Source: Verrucomicrobiia bacterium
Lineage (GTDB): Bacteria; Verrucomicrobiota; Verrucomicrobiia; Limisphaerales; UBA1319
Assembly: GCA_963664225.1 (NCBI GenBank)
Contig: OY760937.1
Coordinates: 4,800,001-4,864,000, forward strand
Direction of reading: 5' to 3'
DNA: 64,000 nucleotides
Under the pieces are notes generated by a model. It did no database searches, was not told the origin of the DNA, and worked only from the letters and a program-made list of their open reading frames with translations. Shown piece after piece: positions 1 through 9,081 of the stretch; the stretch's first letter is position 1; each line of letters opens with the position of its first letter. The position numbers and the translations under genes were made by a program.

Positions 1-1
1 G

Positions 2-238
2 CACACGGGCAAACCAGCCGGTGTCAAAGGGGTGGAGATATGGGCCAAGACCGGGAGCGAACCGCCGAAGCGCATTGACGAAATGACGATTCTGGCCTTG
101 GACAGCGGTTCTCCGCACGAGGTGCGTTACCCCGCGTCAGAAGCCGGGCAGACCGCTTATTACCTGGTGCGGTGGATTGGCGAAGATGAGACCAAGGGAC
201 CCTGGAGCAGTTTGTATAGCGCCAATATCCGTTTTTAA
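2..238 (+). CDS. Hypothetical protein, C-terminal part (Fn3-like beta-sandwich); 5' truncated by window edge
   Basis: Frame open from base 2: HTGKPAGVKGVEIWAK...AYYLVRW...GPWS...IRF*. The Y-x-x-RW...GPWS ending resembles Fn3-like domains. Confidence 0.6.
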   Translation, partial: HTGKPAGVKGVEIWAKTGSEPPKRIDEMTILALDSGSPHEVRYPASEAGQTAYYLVRWIGEDETKGPWSSLYSANIRF

Positions 239-684
239 CCACCTGGCAGATTTCAGCAGGCGAGTCGTTTGCGCGCTTCCTGCAAAGCGGGATCGACGCA
301 TGCGGCGCGGTCGGCGCTCCCATCGAGTGTGTTCGGAGGCGCAACGGGGAACCTGACGCGTTTGTCCTTGCGCACCGGGGCGATGGCCCGAACGATTCTC
401 TTTCCCTCTCGTTGTGGGCTTGTGAACCTCACACGAAGTTAAGCCAGACTTTGTGGTTCATGCCCTTACATTCCTCCATTTTCTTCGGCGTTTTTAGAAT
501 GCTTCCAATGGCTCAGACTGCGTTGTTTCGTCCGTCGCATAACGGGGAGTTTCCCTGGTATCACTCTAATTAATGACTTGCGAATCACGACGTCGCAGCC
601 GCTTGCCGGGTTTGGGCTTCGACGCGTCCTAAAAAACCGGGATTGATATGGAGGCGCGGTTTTGGCATTTAGTGGCGGGTCATT

Positions 685-2313
685 ATGAAATTCAGGAAAG
701 TTGTTTTGCTGGCGGTCGGGATGGGGATGGGGATTATTTCTTCAGTCGGCGCGGCGGCACCAGGAGCGCGGGTGGGGAATTCATTGGTTCAATACCATTT
801 TTTGGGATTAGACCAGGTTGCCTCAGACACAAACGCCCAGTCGATCCATGCCTTGTCTGGGTCGCCATCCACGCGGCAATTGCGCGAGCAGGTCTTGGAA
901 AAACTTTCTGCGGCGCCGCAACAACTTTTTGCCGGGCGCATTTCCTCCCAGTCCGCACCAACTGCGCCGTTATTTAGTCCATTATGGGAGGATCTGTTGC
1001 GCAACGAATCTTTTGGAGAATTGCATGGGAGCGCCAAAGAGCCGCTGGAATGGGTGCTGGCCGTGCGTTTGAATGATGATCGGGCCGGCCTGTGGAGTTC
1101 GAATTTGAGCAAGGTGGCGATGCAATGGGGTTTGGGAACGCCTGCTGCAGTAAAAATTGCCGACGCCTCGGGCTGGGTGGCAGGCGGAGCTGGGAAGGGG
1201 AATGAGCGTGCGGCCCAGTTCCTATGTGTGCGCGCCCATTCATGGGTAGTTATAGGCGTGGGAACCCATGAATTGCGGGCGACGAAGGCGTTGTTGGAAC
1301 GATTGGATAAACAGGACAAGATGGCTTTTTCCGAAGAAGGAGCCTGTTTGACGATAAAAAGTGATCTGGCAGGGTTGAGTCATTGGTGGACAGTACCCAT
1401 GCTTCGCCAATTCAATTGCGCGGATCTGCCGTTTCTGGATCTTTCCAGCTCGTTTAAAGCGGGCAATTTATATTCCAGCGGCACGCTGACATTCGCCCAT
1501 GCCCGAAAGGTGGACTTGCAGCCCTGGCAAATCCCGATCGACCTGCTGCGCGATCCGCTGATCAGTTTCACCGCCGTTCAAGGGGTGCATTCCTGGCTTA
1601 AGGATTTGGACTGGATCAAGACGCTGCACATCGATAACCCGCCCAACCAGGCTTTTTCATGGGCGCAAGAGTTCATGCCGTTCATGACCTTTGTTGCAGC
1701 GCCAATGAACAACGCCTCGAACGCCATTCCTGCCATCTCGCGGAACCTGCCGACGCTCATCGATCAATATGCGGGAACCAACCGTTCCGGGACGCTGCGT
1801 TATTTTACCAATCAAAACCAGGTTGTCTGGACCGGGCTTCCTGCGGTTGTCCCATTCGTCACTACGGTCAACGTTTCCGGACAGGATTATTTATTTGGTG
1901 GCTGTGTTCTGCCTTGGGTGACGACGAATCTTCCTCCCACCGAGTTGCTGACACAAGTCACCGGGCGCACGAATCTGGTCTATTATGATTGGGAGGTGAC
2001 GGGGGCGCGACTAAGCCAGGTGCGGGTTTTGGAGCAAATCAGGGACATGGTGTTCAGCACATCGACAACGTTTGACGACGTGCAGCGCACAAACTCCTTT
2101 GGCAATGCCTGGCTGACATCCGCCGCGCCAATATTGGGGAATGTGGTGACTGAGATTTCCATGCAATCAAACAACCAATGGACGTTGAAACGAAAATCCA
2201 GCGCCGGATTCACGGCGTATGAGTTGATCCAGGTCATCAAATGGCTGGACGATCCTCAATTCCCGTTGTTTGGCCATACGCTCGCCGCTCCTGAACGCCG
2301 GGGCGCAAAGTAA
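685..2313 (+). CDS. Secreted hypothetical protein (542 aa)
   Basis: Long ORF with an N-terminal Sec-type signal (MKFRKVVLLAVGMGMGIISSVGAAA). No family recognised. Ends 16 nt before pdxJ. Confidence 0.75.
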   Translation: MKFRKVVLLAVGMGMGIISSVGAAAPGARVGNSLVQYHFLGLDQVASDTNAQSIHALSGSPSTRQLREQVLEKLSAAPQQLFAGRISSQSAPTAPLFSPLWEDLLRNESFGELHGSAKEPLEWVLAVRLNDDRAGLWSSNLSKVAMQWGLGTPAAVKIADASGWVAGGAGKGNERAAQFLCVRAHSWVVIGVGTHELRATKALLERLDKQDKMAFSEEGACLTIKSDLAGLSHWWTVPMLRQFNCADLPFLDLSSSFKAGNLYSSGTLTFAHARKVDLQPWQIPIDLLRDPLISFTAVQGVHSWLKDLDWIKTLHIDNPPNQAFSWAQEFMPFMTFVAAPMNNASNAIPAISRNLPTLIDQYAGTNRSGTLRYFTNQNQVVWTGLPAVVPFVTTVNVSGQDYLFGGCVLPWVTTNLPPTELLTQVTGRTNLVYYDWEVTGARLSQVRVLEQIRDMVFSTSTTFDDVQRTNSFGNAWLTSAAPILGNVVTEISMQSNNQWTLKRKSSAGFTAYELIQVIKWLDDPQFPLFGHTLAAPERRGAK

Positions 2314-2329
2314 ATTCACCATTTTTACC

Positions 2330-3070
2330 ATGCTCAAACTGGGTGTTAATATCGATCATGTGGCCACCATTCGGCAGGCCCGCTATCATGGACGCGACAC
2401 GGGTGAGCCCAGTCCTCTGGAGGCGGCGCTCCTCTGCGAAGCGGCGGGCGCACACGGGATTACGGCACATCTGCGGGAGGACCGCCGTCATATCCAGGAT
2501 CGTGATATCTGGGAATTGAGAAAAGAGATCAAGACCCGGTTGAACATGGAAATGGCCAATACACCGGGTATTCTCGAAATCGCCCTGCGCCTTAAACCGG
2601 AAATCGTTTGCCTGGTGCCGGAACGCCGCCAGGAGGTGACGACCGAAGGCGGTTTGGATGCCGCCGGTCAATGCACGTCCCTGACGGAAACGAGAAAACG
2701 GCTCAATGACAAAGGGATCGATGTGAGCCTGTTCATCGGGCCGGATGCCCATCAAGTGGAAGCCGCCGCCAGGATTGGGAGCCAATTCATCGAATTGCAC
2801 ACCGGGGCTTTTGCGGAGAGTGCCCATTCGCCGGAATTGTTTCAGAAGGAAATCAAGCGGTTGGTGGATGCCGCACGCCAGGCGCATGGACTGGGGCTTA
2901 AAGTCAACGCGGGACATGGTTTGAATTATCAGAATATGACCGCTTTGTGGGCCGTTCCACACATGGTCGAGTTGAACATCGGCCACAGCATCATCAGTCG
3001 CGCGGTGATGGTTGGTTTGCCCGTCGCCGTGAAGGAAATGCTCGCGCTGATGAGCCAGTATCGCGGCTAA
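2330..3070 (+). CDS. pdxJ: Pyridoxine 5'-phosphate synthase
   Basis: LGVNIDHVATIRQAR, HLREDRRHIQ, TTEGGLD, IELHTG, NAGHGL and ELNIGHSII motifs; ATG at 2330. Confidence 0.97.
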   Translation: MLKLGVNIDHVATIRQARYHGRDTGEPSPLEAALLCEAAGAHGITAHLREDRRHIQDRDIWELRKEIKTRLNMEMANTPGILEIALRLKPEIVCLVPERRQEVTTEGGLDAAGQCTSLTETRKRLNDKGIDVSLFIGPDAHQVEAAARIGSQFIELHTGAFAESAHSPELFQKEIKRLVDAARQAHGLGLKVNAGHGLNYQNMTALWAVPHMVELNIGHSIISRAVMVGLPVAVKEMLALMSQYRG

Positions 3071-3091
3071 AACTCTCTATCGAATCCGATC

Positions 3092-3490
3092 ATGATACTT
3101 GGAGTTGGCATCGATTTAGTCGAAACCGCACGCATCAAAGCGTCGATGGACAAATTTGGCGATCGCTTTCTTGCCCGCATTTTGCGGCCGGGCGAGCAGG
3201 AATATTGCCGCAAGTTCCGGGATCCTGAAACGCATGTGGCCGCGCGATTTTCGGCCAAGGAGGCCATCTCAAAGGCCTTTGGAACCGGTATTGGCAAGGA
3301 GTTGGGCTGGTTGGATATGGAGATCGTAAACCAGCCGGGAGGCCGTCCGGTGGCCATTCTTCATGATCGTGGGTTGGAACTGCTGGCGGCACGCGGCGGG
3401 CATGCATTGCATGTGAGCTTGAGCCACACCCGCAGTCATGCCACCGCCATCGCCATCCTGACCGACGAACACCCACCAGGCCAGGTCTGA
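3092..3490 (+). CDS. acpS: Holo-[acyl-carrier-protein] synthase
   Basis: GVGIDLVE, ARFSAKEAISKAFGTG and VSLSH motifs; canonical pdxJ-acpS order. Confidence 0.96.
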   Translation: MILGVGIDLVETARIKASMDKFGDRFLARILRPGEQEYCRKFRDPETHVAARFSAKEAISKAFGTGIGKELGWLDMEIVNQPGGRPVAILHDRGLELLAARGGHALHVSLSHTRSHATAIAILTDEHPPGQV

Positions 3491-3551
3491 AGCGCGCGGG
3501 AAAGTCTTTAATTCATAGTTGTCGGGGTGCGCTACTTTCTATGGATTAAGC

Positions 3552-3580
3552 TTGCCAGTTTCCTTGTGAACACTTAAAGT
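3552..3580 (+). promoter_or_regulatory. Putative sigma70 promoter, leaderless geometry (DICT gene)
   Basis: TTGCCA-N17-TAAAGT, then 6 nt, then GTG at 3587. Confidence 0.55.
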
Positions 3581-3586
3581 CGAAGC

Positions 3587-4384
3587 GTGGCTGGCAACCG
3601 ATCCCGAACGAACAGCGATTTTTTAAGCCGTGTGGATGAATATCTTCCCACCGACGCGGCCGTGATCGCCGTTGACGCCTCCGAACAGTCCGAACCGGTG
3701 GCCAGCGTGGATCTTCTAAATGGGAATACTTTCTACCTCTTCAGCTCCGACGCACTACTGGCTGCGAGCCACGCCATAGAGGATTTGGCCCTGGACGAGG
3801 CCAACGGAACCTTGCTAGTCGTGTTGCAGGATTTCGACAATTTCGACACCGATCGGGAACGCTACGCCCTGCTGGCGGCGACCATAGACGGTGTTGCGGT
3901 GGTGGGCTGCGGACGCAAGCCCCGGCATTGTGGACGTGTGCAATTCATAACAGCGGGTCAGAGCGCACTGAAGGATTTTTGGGTCGTGCTTTATCAAGGA
4001 CGCCAGACTCAGGCGCTGGTCATGAGTCGGCAGACGCACCGCACAAACGCTTTTGAAGATCGCACTTTTGTCGGGTTTTATACCTTTGACGCCCGGTTGA
4101 TTGCCAGAGTGCGACAGGACATCGAGGGCTTGTTGCATGGGGAATCGCCGGCTTTGCGCGAGTATGACCGGCTGCGGCAGATCGATCGCACGGTTAAGGA
4201 GGTTCGCGCGGTCTTGCGCCGGGAGCAACTGGCTTTGGATTCGACTCACAACAAAATCCAATTTGGCCGCGTTCAACCCAGGACACTGGCTTCGCGCATC
4301 GACTCCATAGTCAACCAATTGCAAACCATCAAAACCATGCTGCCAGAAGATCCAACTCGCGCGGCATCTCCCAACAAATCATGA
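3587..4384 (+). CDS. DICT sensory domain protein with C-terminal helical/coiled-coil tail
   Basis: LLAASHAIEDLA...LLVVLQDFDNF...ERYALLA...FWVVL...FVGFYTFD matches the DICT domain pattern. No enzymatic output domain seen. Confidence 0.7.
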   Translation: MAGNRSRTNSDFLSRVDEYLPTDAAVIAVDASEQSEPVASVDLLNGNTFYLFSSDALLAASHAIEDLALDEANGTLLVVLQDFDNFDTDRERYALLAATIDGVAVVGCGRKPRHCGRVQFITAGQSALKDFWVVLYQGRQTQALVMSRQTHRTNAFEDRTFVGFYTFDARLIARVRQDIEGLLHGESPALREYDRLRQIDRTVKEVRAVLRREQLALDSTHNKIQFGRVQPRTLASRIDSIVNQLQTIKTMLPEDPTRAASPNKS

Positions 4385-5043
4385 TCGAACTTTTCCAATT
4401 CCCATGGAGTCCATACTGCATTGTTCAACGGCGCCTGCTTGAATATTCGGGCGCCCGCTTCAAGATCGTCAACATTCCCCAGGGGGATCGATCAATCATC
4501 TGGAAGCTGACGCGCCAAAGGTATTATGCCGTGCCCATCATTCGCGATGGGCGAACCGTGGTGTTTGAGACAGATGAGGATTCGCAGGTGATCGCCAAAT
4601 ACATCGATGGAAAGTATGAATTGGGGCTTTTTCCCTCCACGCTGGCCGGCGTTCAAAAAATTCTCTGGAGATATTTTGAATCGGAGATCGAATCCGTTGG
4701 CTTCAAGCTCAACGACATTTACTACAGGGAATTTGTGCCGCAAAACGAGCGGCTCTCCTTCATCCGGCACAAGGACCGCAAGTTCGGCCACGGTTGCCTC
4801 GAACTTTGGACCAAGGAACAAGCGGCGTTGCTGCAGGACTTGGAGCAAAGGCTCCAACCCTGTGACCAAATGCTCATCGGCAAGCCATTCCTGCTCGGGG
4901 ATAAGCCGCTATTTGTGGACTTCGACCTCTACGGCATGCTCGGCAATTATTTGCATTCCGGCCATTACGATATGCCTGCGTCGCATACCCGGCTGGCGGA
5001 GTGGCGCCAACGCATGGACAAGCTTGTAAAGGCGAAGGTTTGA
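4381..5043 (+). CDS. Glutathione S-transferase family protein
   Basis: N-terminal thioredoxin-like FPWSPYC, YAVPII, DSQVIAKYID; C-terminal PFLLGDKPLFVDF. ATGA overlap with the upstream gene. Confidence 0.85.
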   Translation: MIELFQFPWSPYCIVQRRLLEYSGARFKIVNIPQGDRSIIWKLTRQRYYAVPIIRDGRTVVFETDEDSQVIAKYIDGKYELGLFPSTLAGVQKILWRYFESEIESVGFKLNDIYYREFVPQNERLSFIRHKDRKFGHGCLELWTKEQAALLQDLEQRLQPCDQMLIGKPFLLGDKPLFVDFDLYGMLGNYLHSGHYDMPASHTRLAEWRQRMDKLVKAKV

Positions 5044-5113
5044 CCGGGCTTTGCATGACCGTTCTTCGTTTTGGAATTGAAAATCGTGGGGTGTGAGGTT
5101 TACTCGCGCCGAC

Positions 5114-5737
5114 ATGGTTCAATTTTCTGTCATATCGTTTCACGCCTCATCCATCCTTTGGGCCATGGCGGCTGTCCTTGCAGCCTATGCGCTGGGATGC
5201 TTCTCCACGGGTTTTTTCTATTACAAATGGCGGACCGGCAGGGACATTCGGGACTTTGGCAGCGGAAATGCGGGAGCGCGGAATGTGGGGCGCGCCTTGG
5301 GCAAGGCCGGATTCTTTGTCACCTTTCTCGGTGACTTTGGCAAAGGCATGATGGCGACAGGACTGGTGCGAGTGTTTCATCTGGACCCATGGGTTGCGGC
5401 AGGGGTTTTGGTGGCGGTGGTGGCGGGGCATAACTGGCCGGCGCCATTGCAGTTCCGGGGCGGCAAAGGGATGGCGACCGCGGGAGGGGCCATATTGTTA
5501 TTTGATTGGACGCTCACGGCTTGCTCAGCGGCGGCATTTATCGTGATCTGGATAATTTTGCGAAGGACAACGCTCAGCGGTCTGCTGGCTTGCGCCGCGG
5601 CCCCGGTGTTGCTCTGGATATTCAAGCCCGAATTGCCACTGGTCATGGGCGCTTCGATTCTTGCCTTGGAGGTCCTGATCGCGCATCATGCCAATGTGCG
5701 CGAGGAAATTTTGCGGCTGGGTTTGCGCCGCAGCTGA
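5114..5737 (+). CDS. plsY: PlsY-family acyltransferase (glycerol-3-phosphate acyltransferase or paralogue)
   Basis: Motif 1 GSGNAGARNVGR, DFGKG, GHNWP, motif 2 FRGGKGMATAGG, motif 3 AHHANV; multi-pass hydrophobic. Start could be 5093, 5114 or later. Confidence 0.85.
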   Translation: MVQFSVISFHASSILWAMAAVLAAYALGCFSTGFFYYKWRTGRDIRDFGSGNAGARNVGRALGKAGFFVTFLGDFGKGMMATGLVRVFHLDPWVAAGVLVAVVAGHNWPAPLQFRGGKGMATAGGAILLFDWTLTACSAAAFIVIWIILRRTTLSGLLACAAAPVLLWIFKPELPLVMGASILALEVLIAHHANVREEILRLGLRRS

Positions 5738-5759
5738 AGAAAGCGCACTGCATAGGGTT

Positions 5760-7394
5760 ATGGAATCTCAACAACCACTGAAATTTAAGATAGCGAACGA
5801 AGATTGGGAATTCGAGTTGGTGCATCGGCTCAATTACAAGACTTTCGTGGAGGAAATTCCACAACACAAACCGCATCCCAACCAGCGACTTGTTGATAAG
5901 TTCCATTCGGAGAACACTTACATCATCGCGATGGACGGGAATACGCTGGCCGGAATGATCGCTTTCCGTTCGAACCGGCCATTTTCCCTGGACCACAAAA
6001 TTGCGAATCTCGATTCTTACCTGCCGCCGGGCCGCACGGTATGCGAAGTCCGGTTGCTGGCAGTCGAGCGGGCCTATCGCACGGGTTGGGCGTTTCGCGG
6101 GTTAGCGGAGTTTCTGGCCCAATACGGATTGGCGCAGGGCTATGACCTGGCGGTGATTTCGGGAACCACGCGTCAGCTCAAGCTCTATCAGCACCTCGGT
6201 TTTAAACCGTTTGGCCCCACTGTGGGTGAGGTCGGAGCCCAGTTTCAGCCGATGTATCTGACGCTGGAGGCGTTTCTGGAACAAGCCAGCGCCGTGCTTC
6301 AGAACAACGATGGTTCCCAGGTCAGAACCGTCAGTTTCCTGCCGGGTCCGGTGTCCATTGCAATGCCAGTCCAAAATGCTTTGGGGCAGTCGGCCATTTC
6401 CCATCGGTCGGACCACTTTCTACTTAATTTCCAAATCACCCAGCAATTGCTTCGGAAAATGACCGGGGCGCGCGAAGTGGAAATATTGCTGGGTTCCGGT
6501 ACGCTGGCCAACGATGTCGTGGCGGGCCAATGGAAGCTGGAGACCAAACCGGGTTTGATCCTGAGCAACGGCGAGTTTGGCGAACGGCTGATGAACCATG
6601 CACAACGCATGGGGCTGTCCTTTGAAGCGCATCAAAAGGCCTGGGGCGAATCGTATGATTTGAAGGCGGTCCGCAAACAATTGGAAGGGAACCGGAATCT
6701 CGGGTGGTTGTGGGCGGTGCATTGTGAAACGTCCACAGGCATTCTTAACGACATTGCCGGATTGAAAAAGTTGTGCGCCGAGTTCGGCCTGAAATTGGGC
6801 TTGGATTGCATCAGCACATTGGGCGTTCTGCCGGTCAACCTTGAGGGAGTGTATCTGGCCTCGGGTGTCAGCGGCAAGGGGCTGGCTTCATTTCCCGGCC
6901 TGTCGATGGTTTTTCATAATTACAAGGCCGTGCCCGCGCCTGACCGGCTGCCACGTTACCTGGACCTTGGCTATTGCGCCGCGTGCGAAGGAATTCCCTT
7001 CACTCATTCCTCGAATTTGCTCGGGGCTTTGCTGGCGGCCCTGCGCCGGAACAATTCGAGGCGTTATGCGGAATTGGTGGAGACGGCGGACTGGCTGCGC
7101 ACGCAATTGTTGGAAGCGGGATTTCATCTTGTGGCGCCTGCTTCAGAGGCTTCGCCCGCGGTATTCACTATCGCGCTTCCACGCAATATCCATTCGCGGA
7201 TCGCCGCCAAACGGATGCAAAAGGCGGGCTATCTGCTCAGTTACGGCAGTGAGTATTTGCTGCGCCGCAACTGGATTCAGATTTGCCTTATGGGCGAATA
7301 TTCCCGCGATGACCTGATGGGCCTGCTGGCGGCATTGCGGTCCTTGCATCGCAACCACGAGCCGAAATCGGCGAGCCTTGCGGCAACGGCTTGA
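5760..7394 (+). CDS. Fusion: N-acyl amino acid synthase-like GNAT (N-term) plus class V PLP aminotransferase (C-term); N-acyl-serinol synthase-like
   Basis: N-term HRLNYKTFVEEIPQH...LVDKFH...EVRLLAVERAYR...LYQHLGF. C-term FLPGPV, GSGTLAND, NGEFGERL, VHCETSTG, LDCISTLG and SGKGL (PLP Lys). Confidence 0.8.
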   Translation: MESQQPLKFKIANEDWEFELVHRLNYKTFVEEIPQHKPHPNQRLVDKFHSENTYIIAMDGNTLAGMIAFRSNRPFSLDHKIANLDSYLPPGRTVCEVRLLAVERAYRTGWAFRGLAEFLAQYGLAQGYDLAVISGTTRQLKLYQHLGFKPFGPTVGEVGAQFQPMYLTLEAFLEQASAVLQNNDGSQVRTVSFLPGPVSIAMPVQNALGQSAISHRSDHFLLNFQITQQLLRKMTGAREVEILLGSGTLANDVVAGQWKLETKPGLILSNGEFGERLMNHAQRMGLSFEAHQKAWGESYDLKAVRKQLEGNRNLGWLWAVHCETSTGILNDIAGLKKLCAEFGLKLGLDCISTLGVLPVNLEGVYLASGVSGKGLASFPGLSMVFHNYKAVPAPDRLPRYLDLGYCAACEGIPFTHSSNLLGALLAALRRNNSRRYAELVETADWLRTQLLEAGFHLVAPASEASPAVFTIALPRNIHSRIAAKRMQKAGYLLSYGSEYLLRRNWIQICLMGEYSRDDLMGLLAALRSLHRNHEPKSASLAATA

Positions 7395-7407
7395 ACGAGG
7401 CGGGGGC

Positions 7408-8205
7408 CTACTCCGCGTCCTCCGACTTGTTTAAAGCGCCGGGATCGTTGCACACCCCATGTTTGGCGGCTCCGATAAAATCGAGCATCACTCGACTCGC
7501 GGGGCTGGTGAATTCGCGTCGCGCATTTTCTAGGATATCCTTGAAACGTCCCGGTGTGCGGAACAGTTTGTGATACATCCGCCTGAGTTCCAGCCGTTGT
7601 TGAGAGTCGAAACCGGCCCTGCGCAATCCAACGGTGTTCAGTCCGCAGATGTGATTGATGCCGCGGCTGATGGTGTAAGGGGGCAGATCCTTGCTGATGG
7701 CGGTTCCCCCCTGCATCAGTGCCAGCGTGCCCACCCGCGAAAATTGGTGCAAAAGGCAGTTGCCGGAAATGAAGGCACGATCATCCACATGCACATGCCC
7801 GCCAAACAGGGTGCCATTGGCAATGATGACATGGTTGCCCACCGCAGAGTTGTGGCCGATGTGGCAGTTGGCCATGAACAGATTATGGGAGCCAATGACG
7901 GTGTCTTCGGCCAGTTTATTGGAGCGATGCACGGTGACGTGTTCCCGGAAGACGTTTTGGTCGCCAATGCGCAATCGCGTCGGTTCATCCGCATATTTCA
8001 AATCCTGCGGCGCATCCCCGATGACACAGCCTGCATGAAAAACATTGCGGGCGCCGATCTGGGTGTGGCCGGTCAAGTATACGTGAGGACCGATTTTGCA
8101 TTGGGGACCGACACTCACATGGGCGTCAATGACCGCATAAGGGCCAATATCAGCGGTGGGATCGATCTGGGCTTTGGGATCGATGACAGCAGTGGGATGG
8201 ATCAT
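7408..8205 (-). CDS. lpxA: Acyl-ACP:UDP-N-acetylglucosamine O-acyltransferase
   Basis: IHPTAVID hexapeptide repeats, PQDLKY, REHVTVHR, HIGHN, GGHV, LHQF and GLNTVGLRRAGF. Confidence 0.92.
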   Translation of the reverse strand: MIHPTAVIDPKAQIDPTADIGPYAVIDAHVSVGPQCKIGPHVYLTGHTQIGARNVFHAGCVIGDAPQDLKYADEPTRLRIGDQNVFREHVTVHRSNKLAEDTVIGSHNLFMANCHIGHNSAVGNHVIIANGTLFGGHVHVDDRAFISGNCLLHQFSRVGTLALMQGGTAISKDLPPYTISRGINHICGLNTVGLRRAGFDSQQRLELRRMYHKLFRTPGRFKDILENARREFTSPASRVMLDFIGAAKHGVCNDPGALNKSEDAE

Positions 8206-8235
8206 ATTTAATAAAGAAAATCGTTGGGAAAAATT

Positions 8236-8946
8236 CTACGAATAAAAATAGCCCAGCTCGCGCAATGACACGTAATCCTTGGGGCGTTCCTGTGTCTTCC
8301 GGCCCAGGATCACATGGTCGAGGACTTCGATTTTGAGGAGTTGGCCGGCGCGAATCAGATCGCGTGTGGCCTTGATATCCGCCTCGGAGGGCGTGGGATC
8401 GCCGCTGGGATGATTATGGGCCAGAATGACCGCGGAGCTGTTGGCCAGGATGGCTGCGCGAAAGACTTCACGGGGATGAATGAGGATGGTGTCGAGCGTT
8501 CCTTGATTGACACGTTCAATGCCTATGAGCCGCCTGCGCGTATTGAGCATCAGGACATGAAAGAATTCCACATCGCATAGGCGGACCTGCTCACGCAAGA
8601 CGTCCGCCACGCGTTCCGGTGTGTCCAGCAGGGGTTCTTCATTGTGAATCTCCCGGGCCATGCGTGCGGCGAGCGTGAAAGCGCTTTTCAGGGTGATGGC
8701 TTTGCTGCGGCCCACGCCTTTGATGGTGCACAGATCCTTCAATGGGGCACGCGCCAGTGCATCAAGTGTTTGGAATTTGGCGGTAAGCTGGGCGGCGATT
8801 TGGATTGCCGATACGCCACGCGTTCCGGTGCGCAGCAAAATGGCGATGAGTTCCGCGTTGGTTAAATGCTCCGCACCCATGGCCACCATCCGTTCCCTGG
8901 GGCGGTCATTTTCGGGCATATCCATGATGCGTAAACCATCGGCCAT
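8236..8946 (-). CDS. radC: RadC family JAB-domain protein
   Basis: RPRERM...ELIAILLRTG, HhH IKGVG, HPREVF, AHNHPSGDPTPSEAD and LDHVI. Confidence 0.95.
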   Translation of the reverse strand: MADGLRIMDMPENDRPRERMVAMGAEHLTNAELIAILLRTGTRGVSAIQIAAQLTAKFQTLDALARAPLKDLCTIKGVGRSKAITLKSAFTLAARMAREIHNEEPLLDTPERVADVLREQVRLCDVEFFHVLMLNTRRRLIGIERVNQGTLDTILIHPREVFRAAILANSSAVILAHNHPSGDPTPSEADIKATRDLIRAGQLLKIEVLDHVILGRKTQERPKDYVSLRELGYFYS

Positions 8947-9081
8947 GTCCGGGCATCATTGCCTGACGGCGCTCTTTTTCAATCCCAAACCGCGCACAAT
9001 TCCCTTGAAACATCTCCATCGGGTGGCAAATTGGGCCTATGTCAGCAAACCAGTTCAAATCCAAATGGAGTTTCCCTTCTT

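Noticed and set aside
1..45. GCACACGGGCAAACC resembles the start of a c-di-GMP-I riboswitch
   Set aside because: No GNRA-capped P2 or GACGCAAAGC follows, and the bases read as coding (HTGKPAGVKGVEIW).
239..684. 445-nt intergenic region with a hairpin near 422-460
   Set aside because: No recognisable ncRNA motif, repeat or credible ORF; a single modest hairpin is not enough.
8236..8946. radC as a marker of a mobile or defence island
   Set aside because: Full-length chromosomal type with N-terminal HhH; no integrase, att sites or compositional shift nearby.
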